Below the pieces are notes generated by a model. The model ran no database searches. It worked only from the letters and a program-made list of their open reading frames with translations, and was not told the origin of the DNA. A program made the position numbers and the translations under genes. 43,640 bases of DNA from Chiloscyllium plagiosum (lineage: Eukaryota): positions 79,715,169 to 79,758,808 of the forward strand of contig NC_057711.1 of assembly GCF_004010195.1 (NCBI RefSeq), written 5' to 3'. How positions within the stretch are numbered: the stretch's first letter is position 1; each line of letters opens with the position of its first letter. Below, one piece after another: positions 35,741-43,640 of this stretch.

Positions 35741-36656
35741 GAATTATAGAATCACAGAGCGCAGAAGAGGCCCTTTGGCCCTTCAAGTCTGGGCTGCCAA
35801 AAATATACTACTACCTACACTAGACCCATAGGTTTGAATGTTACAACATTTCAAATGTTCATCCAAGTACTTTTTTTAAAGATTGTGAGGTTTCCTGCCT
35901 CGACTACCCACCCAAGCAATGCATTCTAGAACCCTACCACTCTCTAGGTGAAACCACTTTCTTTCTCAAACTCCCTCGAAACATCTTGCCTTTCACTTTA
36001 AAATTACGCTCCCTTGTTATTGAACCGCTAACTAAGCTGCTTTTTATTCATCCTGTTGATGCCCCTCATAATCTTATACACCTCTATTGCCCCATGCCCG
36101 CAACTTCTCTAGTTCAAAAAAAGAAACCTGAGCTTATCCAGCTTCTCTTCAGAGCTGAAATGCTCCATTCCAGACAACATCCTGGTAAATTATCTTTGCA
36201 CCCCTTTTAGTGTAATCCCATCCTTCTTATACTGTAATGTCCAGAACTGCATACAGTATTCCAGATATGGTTTTATTTAAATTCTGTACAGCTCCAAAAT
36301 AACCACCCTGCTCTTATAATCCATGCCACCACTAATAAAGGCAAGCAATCCATTTGCCTTTTTAACTATCCCATTAACAGTCCTGCAACCTTCAGGGATC
36401 TGTGAAAAAGCACCCCAACATCCCTCTCTTCCTCTGAATTTCCTACTGCACTGACATTCATTGAGTACTCCCTTGTCCTATCCAGTTTTCACCTCACATT
36501 TATTAGAGTTAAATTTGATCTGCCACAGAGCTGCCAATCTAACCAATCCGTTTATATCCTCCTGTCACCTAACACTGTCCTCCTCACTGTCAACCACCCA
36601 GCCAATTTTTATGTCATCTGCAAACTTACTTGTCATCACTCCTACATTCTCATCAA
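35741..36656 (-). mobile_element. CR1-clade LINE 3' fragment
   Basis: KFADD at 36613-36627 (aagtttgcagatgac on minus); EYCMQFW; CR1 3'UTR with attctataattct tail. Confidence 0.88.
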
Positions 36657-37150
36657 GTATGAGAAATCAGACAGAACCACATTGAAACCAACTTCTGAAC
36701 TATGTCCCTGATGATGACAGAGGAGCACTCGAGTGTGAATGGTACTTTCTGACTTAGATCTCCGGGATTGCTGTGGAACTGGTATTTAAACATGGCTCTG
36801 GCTGCATGAACATTGCAGAATCCCAGCTGCAGCAATCACTTCAACCTTCCATGCTGCACGATTCCAGAGAGGCCAGTTGCATAATTAATGATCAGAAGAG
36901 TGGAAGACTACAAGAGAAACATTGACATGGGGCATGGTGAACTGCCAATCAGAAATCTCAGTTCAAAACCACTTTGCAAAGAAAACAGTAAGAAAGTTCA
37001 GCCCACATTTTTTTCATGCTGCGAGTTTATTGCTTATACCATATAAACAGTTCTCTTCCAGTCACAGCTGTTCTCCTTTTTTTCGGTATTTTGGAATCAT
37101 GTTGTTCAGACAAGCAATGACAAGCATCCATGGTAAATGGACATGAACAC

Positions 37151-37404
37151 AGACATTCAAGCACAGAGGTAAAGACTATTGCTGAATCAAATGTTTTTTA
37201 AAAAATGAACCTGTTACAATAACATTTTATGACATATGTCTTGGCAGGGATAAACTTGATCCAAGACATTCTCACACAGAGGTAGGGACTATCGCTGAAT
37301 CACATGTTTTATTAAAAATGAACCTGTTACAATAACATTTTATGACATGTGTCTTGGCAGGGGTAAATTTGATCCAAGACCTTCTCACATAGAGGTAGGA
37401 CTAC
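37151..37404. repeat. 113-bp tandem repeat, about 2.25 copies
   Basis: Unit restarts at 37151, 37264 and 37377 (agacattc..cagaggta..aaaaatgaacctgttacaataacattttatgacat). Confidence 0.92.
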
Positions 37405-37574
37405 TACCACTGCAGCATAAGGCCCCCTTAGTTTACCCTTTGTGTAAACAGACATCAATTAACAGCAATAACCTATTAATGACTTGCTGTATTAATGTTC
37501 ATCAGAACCCAAGTTTATCAGCTTTTAGTTCAAAACACCTTCTCCATATCCTTTCTCTGGTGATCATAATTTTT

Positions 37575-38340
37575 TAAAGTTCCTTTCCCCATTTTACCTC
37601 CTGACTTTCACTTAGTTCTGGGATCTTATCTGTAGCTCCTGCAGTGAAGTCAGTTTCAAAATGCTTGTTTGATTCATCCAACATCTTTATTTTCCATTAT
37701 TAATTTCCCAAACTGACTCATTAGAAGACAAATATTCACTTTACTTTCCCTTTTTAAATACCCATAGTAATTCTTGCTGTCTGTTTTTATACTTCTAGAT
37801 AGCTTTCTCAATACTCTATATTTTCTCTGCTTAACATTTTTTTTCATTCTTTGCTGTCATTTGTATTTTGTTCCTTCTTTGACCTTGCACTTGCCTTTAC
37901 AGTATTAATGCTTTTGCTTACTATTTGATTCTATCTTTCATTTCCTTAGTTAGTCATGGATTGTTTGCCTTCCCCTCTATACTTTCTTGCCATGTGGGTG
38001 TACTTTTTCTGAGTATTCTTGAATAACTCCTTAAACGGCTGCCATTGGATCTCGACTGACCTATCTCTTAACCTAATCTTCTAATTCACTCCAACCAGTT
38101 CTGTCTTCATGCTCTTATAATTGCTGTTATTTAATTTGAAAACACTAGGCTTACATTAACTCTACTCCTCTTCAAACTTAATATGAAATTCAATCGTATT
38201 ATGATCACTGCCACCTCAGGGTGCCTCTATTAACAGATAATTAATTAATCCAGCATTTTGCACATTATTAGCTATAGTAAAGACTGCTCTTTGGTTGGCT
38301 TTGGAAAGTGTTACTTTAAGAGACTGTTCCAAAAGCATTT
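37575..38340 (-). mobile_element. Old CR1 fragment: end of AP-endonuclease domain plus linker
   Basis: Minus strand GGSDHNTIEF (about 38186-38217) and RKLSRSIKTDSKNYYGYL (about 37755-37810). Confidence 0.75.
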
Positions 38341-38344
38341 ATTT

Positions 38345-38507
38345 ATTCTTACTCTCTGCCTTCTGTTAGTCAGACAATCCTCCATCCATGCCAGTATCTT
38401 GTCCCGAACACCATAAGTTCTTACCTCATTTAGTAGCTTTTATTGATGCAGTCTTGCCGGATTGAAGGGCCTCTTTTATACAGTATGATTCTGAGATTCT
38501 ATGATTA
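38345..38507. mobile_element. CR1 RT scrap (minus) abutting a CR1 3' tail (plus)
   Basis: 38345-38440 resembles 31620-31720; 38443-38507 ends gattctgagattctatgatt. Confidence 0.55.
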
Positions 38508-38751
38508 TACCAATGCAATAATTAGTTCAGGTTTTGAAGATGGACTAAATCTGATGTTGGATACAACTGTAGTAGTCAATCATTTTAGTTGCAGGACAAT
38601 TTTTCAAATCAATTACCATTCACAACTCATTTAAATTATATTGTACAATAAATAGATCATGAAATACATGCATGCCAAAAGAGTTTTATAATGCTTTTAA
38701 ATTAGCTCATATTTATTTGATGATATTTACTTACACTTTATCTACAGACAT

Positions 38752-39010
38752 CGGGAGGATATTGCAATGTTGGAGCCTTGTATTTTGTTCATGACGTTAA
38801 ACCAGAAGCCAATTTGATTGTCGGTGGGGGCAAAAGTTCCTATGGCAAAAGAAGTGCAGGGGAATTATCTCCAATGTCCTGGCCAATATTTGCCCAACAA
38901 TCTATATTACAAAATAACAATTTTGGGCTGTTCTCATTTTGCTGTTTGTGGGACTTGCTGAATGTAAGTTAACTGCTGCATTTCCCAACATTCCAACAGT
39001 GTCGAACTTC
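38752..39010 (+). mobile_element. Deu-domain SINE (SacSINE1/AmnSINE1-like)
   Basis: gacgttaaaccaga..gcaggggaattatctccaatgtcctggccaatattt..gctgtttgtgggacttgctg..ctgctgcatttcccaacatt follows the Deu-SINE consensus order as I recall it. Confidence 0.75.
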
Positions 39011-40892
39011 TGCCGGTTATGAAGAAAAGTAGAAAATGCATGTTTTCATTCTGTGTGCTGAGGTTCAACAGCAAACCCAAAAATATTTACAACATTGGCA
39101 TCCAGCGTCCTGATTGGCTCAAGCATTTGCACAAAAACATGAAAAAAAATGCAGGTGCTTTGAAAATGGGATTTAAAAAGCCAAAACTTAAAAAAAAAAT
39201 GAAGTAACATTTTAAAATATTATGGTTACAATGCTGATTTAGTGCCTATGAAGTGCAATTGGCTATTTCTTGAAGACTGAAAAGGCTGGATAGAAAATAA
39301 AACTGAAAATTCAAATACGAATTCTGAATTGATACTTGCAGCAATTAAAAATGCAGTCATGATTTACCAATTTATTTTTGAATTGCAGTTAGACCCAGTG
39401 AATGCTCCTGAAAGCTAATGTGTGATGTAATTTTCAGTCGCGAATAATAACTGGAATCTGAACAACCTCAATATTATAAACATGTTCTCCCTCTCCCTAT
39501 CCTTACACCCCAGCCTCGGAATGAACAGTTTGTATACATCCTCAAAATTAAGATTGACACAATTTTTCAAAGATTCTGAACTCGGAATTCTTCCAAGGGG
39601 TGAGGAGGAGGAATGGGGAACTAAACATCTCTCACTAGAGTGCACACTACATTTGTGTGTCAGCACATATTGCACAGTCTGGTGCTGAGTGGATATGTCA
39701 GCTGCCCATTAGACCACACTAAAATAGAATTGCTGCGAGCTCAAAGCATGAAGCATGATATTAGATAAAGTGATGAAATTTCACTCGATTAAAGACCCAG
39801 GTCAAGGACAGTTACCTCAGGAAATTCACTTGTTTTTTTTTCCTGAAACATTCCCACATTTTGATGAATATATCCCGTGTGTTTACTATAGATCATCATT
39901 TTACCTCCCTTTTGAAGCAAATAGCTTTTTAGAAATTAAGTATTGCCATGTGGTGAAGTGGTGATTGACTGGTACCTTAGCCTTTCTTTCAACCTGAATA
40001 AATTTTTATGCTTCATGTATTTCACAGAAGGGAAAACAAGAACAGCAAGGGCTTGTTAAAAATTAAATATACTTGCTTCATTTGTCACAAAACCATGTAG
40101 ATGCATACTAAAGCTGATGCCATAATTTTGTTATGTTCAACATTAATATTTGATGCTTTCTTCAAGCTCCCTGGGATTATGCCAGAAATGTAGAAAAAAA
40201 ATTCCAACAAATAGTTTATTTCACTGAAGGGTACACTCTGCCCTCATTATAGCATAGTCCTCAAGAGTCAAGCATTTTACACATCATAATGAGATGTCTG
40301 TTTATAGTAAATGTCCCCTAACAGAACATCAAATGAAACATGAAAAATGCAGCAAGGTAATGTTATAACAAGTATTAAGAATGAAATATTATTAAAAGCA
40401 AGAAAAAAGTCCACCATACATCATGAATGTTCATTCTCTTGACTGTGCATGTAATGGTTAGAGGAATTTTCAATATTCCAGAAGTCTTGTAATATTTCAG
40501 CAATGAATAGTCTAAATCTTGCTTCCAGGATTCCTTTAGGATCTCTGAAGTTAATGAAATCTTTTGGAACACCTTAGCAACCAACTCAAGAACTTGGCTG
40601 GAAAACCAGGCTACCTTTGTACATTTGCTTTTTTGCTTGGAACGAAAGAATCCAAATACTCGGCACTGAATTTTAAACTACTGTCCTGGGTTAATTCTGT
40701 GGTGATGACAGTTAAAATATGCTATGTTAGGAAGCAACAGGAGCAAGTTGACTTATGCATTTAACTCAGTTTTGCTTGTTAGCATGTGGAAAACTGTATA
40801 GGACAGGTGGGTCTGGTCTTTACATATGTAAATACTCACTAACTGAGGTTTTAATCTTGGATCCTGGGAATCAAAAGGCCAAACAAATGCTT

Positions 40893-41214
40893 TTAGATTA
40901 GATTCCCTACAGCATGGAAACAGGCCATTCATCCCAACAAATCCACAGTGACCCTCTGAAGAGTAACCTACCCAGACCCACTCCCCTATTTACCCCTGAC
41001 TAATGCACCTAACACTATGGGCAATTTAGCATGGCCAATTCACCTGGCATGCACATTTTTGGACTGTAGCAGGAAACCAGAGCACCCAAAGGAAACCATG
41101 CAGACATGAGGAGAATGTGCAAACTCCACACAGGCAGTCACCCAAGGCTGGAATCGAACCCAGGTCCATGGCACTTTGAGGTAGTAGTGCTAACCACTGA
41201 GCCACGTGCTGCCC
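40893..41214 (-). mobile_element. Full-length HE1-type V-SINE
   Basis: Reverse complement of the 26083-26406 family; B box GGTTCGATTCC on minus; (ATCTA)n tail. Confidence 0.95.
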
Positions 41215-42189
41215 CTGTTAGAGGATAAGGAAACCTGATGGCTGTACACAACATTTATTTTGATCTTGTACCAAGATATGTTGGCACATAATCATCCAGG
41301 AGCTTCTCAGTACTTGCTGATAATGGTGTGTTTTTAGCTTAAAGAGGTTTTGGGCTCATCAGCCTTTGCTATTCAGCAGCAGTAATCATCTGGGTCCAGG
41401 ATTTTGCCTCCAGAGTCTCAGGACCAGGCTGTCTCCACTCCATAGTTGAAATTGCTGCTTTGGAAGTGGGAGACCTTGTGGTCCCCGAAGCTATCTTGGG
41501 ACCCCTCAGCTAAAAACATTTCCAGATAACTTGTGTTTCTGAATTAAAGATTTCTGTATGGTTCAGGTTACAGTATATTTTTCAGTGATTCAGTTCAAAT
41601 TTTACTTGAGAGTGCTCCTTTAAAGCGCATTGGGATAATTCATTATGCTAAAGACTTGACATATATACAAGTTGTTGTTGTTTCCTGAACTAATTAACGA
41701 AGCAGGCAAGTTCTATAATCCTTTTACTCACCGCATTGGTGGAATATCAGCAATGCTGCCCCATGTTGTTGCAGGATATAACTGTTGGGAGCCCTGTGGA
41801 GATATTTGAAGTTTTCTTTCTGCTGGGAATGGAGCAGACACTATTTACTTCAGCTCCATTGCTCCTGCGGTGTAACACCTGTGGAGTAAGTCTCAGTGAA
41901 AAAATGATTCAGAACTCAGAAGCCTGAATTTCTCAAAGCTGATTTATAGTTTAGCTCAAAGTTTATTTACTGATAACACCGTTCAAGTTGTCAAAATAAA
42001 ACATATATTCTGTTTACTTCTGTCTTCCCATTTTTTTTGCAGTCACCTTACAAAATCAATGTGGATTGGATCCTTCTGCCTGGATACTGAGCATCATTCT
42101 GAGTGGACCTTTAATTGCCGCCAAAATATTTGGTACTTTTAGGTTGTGGGAATCTCTGATGAAAATGTTGTTTTGGCTCTGTGAATGAT

Positions 42190-43006
42190 TGTTTCTATTC
42201 AATGTTTCCTGATAGGTGCAGATTTCACGTCCTGATAAGATTCCTGTAAATCTGCTCTGTGCTCTCTCTGGAGCAATTATATTTTTCCTGTAATCTGGTG
42301 ACAAGAACTGTACACAACAATCCAGTTGTGGCCTAACCAACATTTTACACAATTTTCAGTGTTACATCCCTGCTTTCGTATGCTATGCCTTATGCAACAA
42401 ATGAAAGGGTTCCATACAATTTCTTGATAACCTTATTGACCAGTCCTGCCATCTTTAGGGACTTGTGGACCTGCATATGGAGGACTCTCATACCCTCTAT
42501 CCTCATATCCTCCATGCATATGGTAGACATGTATTTGGAGGACTCTCATACCCTCTATCCTCATACTATCCTCCTATTTCTTATGCATTCCCTTGCTTTG
42601 TTTGCCCTCTTCAAATGCAAACCTTGCACTTCTCTGATTTGAATTCCATTTGTCTCATTCCATTGACTTAAATAAACCAATGGTATCATTCTGAATTTGA
42701 CAGACATCCTCTTTACTCTCAACCACATGGTTGATTTTTGTGCCATCTTCAACTTTCCTCACCACATCTCTCACATTTAAGTTCAAATAATTGATGTACA
42801 ACAAGCAGCCAGGGATCCAATACTGAATCCAGTGGAATGCCATTCATAAATGTTTCCATTTGTGAAAACAATCTTTGACCATTTCTCTCTATTTCCTGTC
42901 ACTGAATCAATTGTAGATCCAATCCAACGGTAACCCTTGTATCACATGGTCTTTTACTTGTTGACCACTCTGCAATGTGGGACCTTATCAAATTAATTAC
43001 TGAAAT
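42190..43006 (-). mobile_element. Degenerate CR1 RT/C-terminal fragment
   Basis: CKMLVRPQLDCCVQFLSPDYRKNIIAPERAQSRFT (42056..42352); LLYINYLNL..KVEDGTKI (42655..42843). Confidence 0.8.
42464..42572. repeat. 58-bp tandem duplication inside the CR1
   Basis: ggaggactctcataccctctatcctcata at 42479 and 42537. Confidence 0.85.
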
Positions 43007-43054
43007 CTCCATTGGTGAGACCTACTGCAGTATGAGGCAGCAATGATATAATAT

Positions 43055-43320
43055 GGGGTAACAATGGTATAGTAGCATTAATATGCAGAGATCCCAGTAA
43101 TGCTCTGAGAATGAATTTTCAAATCCCACCATGGCAAATGGTCAAATTTGAACTTAAGTAAAAATGAAATTGAAAATACAAAGCCTAATGACGACCTTAA
43201 AGCAATTGTAGTTAAGCAAAAATTCTCATTCACTAATACCTTTTAGGGAAGGAAATCTGCTGTCCTTACCTGGTTTGGTCTACATATATATTGTTAACTA
43301 CACTCGACAATGGCTGAGCG
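43055..43320 (+). mobile_element. Degenerate tRNA-derived SINE of a different family
   Basis: B-box-like ttcaaatcccaccatggc, then ttcactaatacctttagggaaggaaatctgctgtccttacctggtttggtctaca, recalled as a shark SINE body. Confidence 0.6.
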
Positions 43321-43359
43321 AGCAGTTGTATCTAACCATGAAAAAGTCTCAAAAATAGG

Positions 43360-43640
43360 ACATAGAACATTACAGAGCAGTACAGGCCCTTCGGCCCTCG
43401 ATATTGCACCGACCTGTCATACCAATCTGAAGCCCATCCAGCCTACACTATTCCATGTACGTCCATATGCTTGTCCAATGACGACTTAAATGTACTTAAA
43501 GTTGGCGAATCTATTACCGTTGCAGGCAAAGCATTCCATACCTTTACTACTCTCTGAGTAAAGAAACTCCCTCTGACATCTATCCTATATCTATCACCCC
43601 TCAATTTAAAGCTATGCCCCCTCGTGCTTGCCGTCACCAT
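43360..43640 (-). mobile_element. CR1-clade LINE 3' end, another subfamily, cut by the window edge
   Basis: ORF 43443..43640 STRGHSFKL..FFTQRVVKVWNALPATV; 3' stem gggccgaagggcc and a tgttctatgt tail on minus. Confidence 0.92.

Noticed and set aside
36759..36926. Open stretch ISGIAVELVFKHG..QEKH* after TTAG
   Set aside because: No recognisable protein similarity
37151..37404. CRISPR-like repeat array
   Set aside because: Whole units are duplicated with no unique spacers, and the context is eukaryotic

Overview
Vertebrate non-coding DNA, almost certainly from an elasmobranch (shark), judged from HE1-type V-SINEs that share their 3' tail with CR1/HER1-type LINEs and from Deu-domain SINEs. I recognise no intact protein-coding gene, host exon, or true tRNA/rRNA gene. 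The window is a layered graveyard of transposons. It holds at least 10 CR1-clade LINE fragments of several subfamilies, a second CR1/L2-group LINE family, and three or more Penelope-like (GIY-YIG) families, two copies of which have inverted ends. It also holds a nearly complete fossil hAT (Charlie/SPIN/GTF2IRD2-like) transposon with both ends, a TA-flanked Tigger-like MITE, Harbinger-type Myb/SANT remnants, a probable solo LTR, tandem duplications and two assembly gaps. The most interesting signal is a set of ultra-minimal hammerhead-ribozyme motifs in the Penelope termini, two with intact cores. I see no convincing evidence for a wholly new biological system. Family names come from recalled motifs, not database searches, and most boundaries are approximate.
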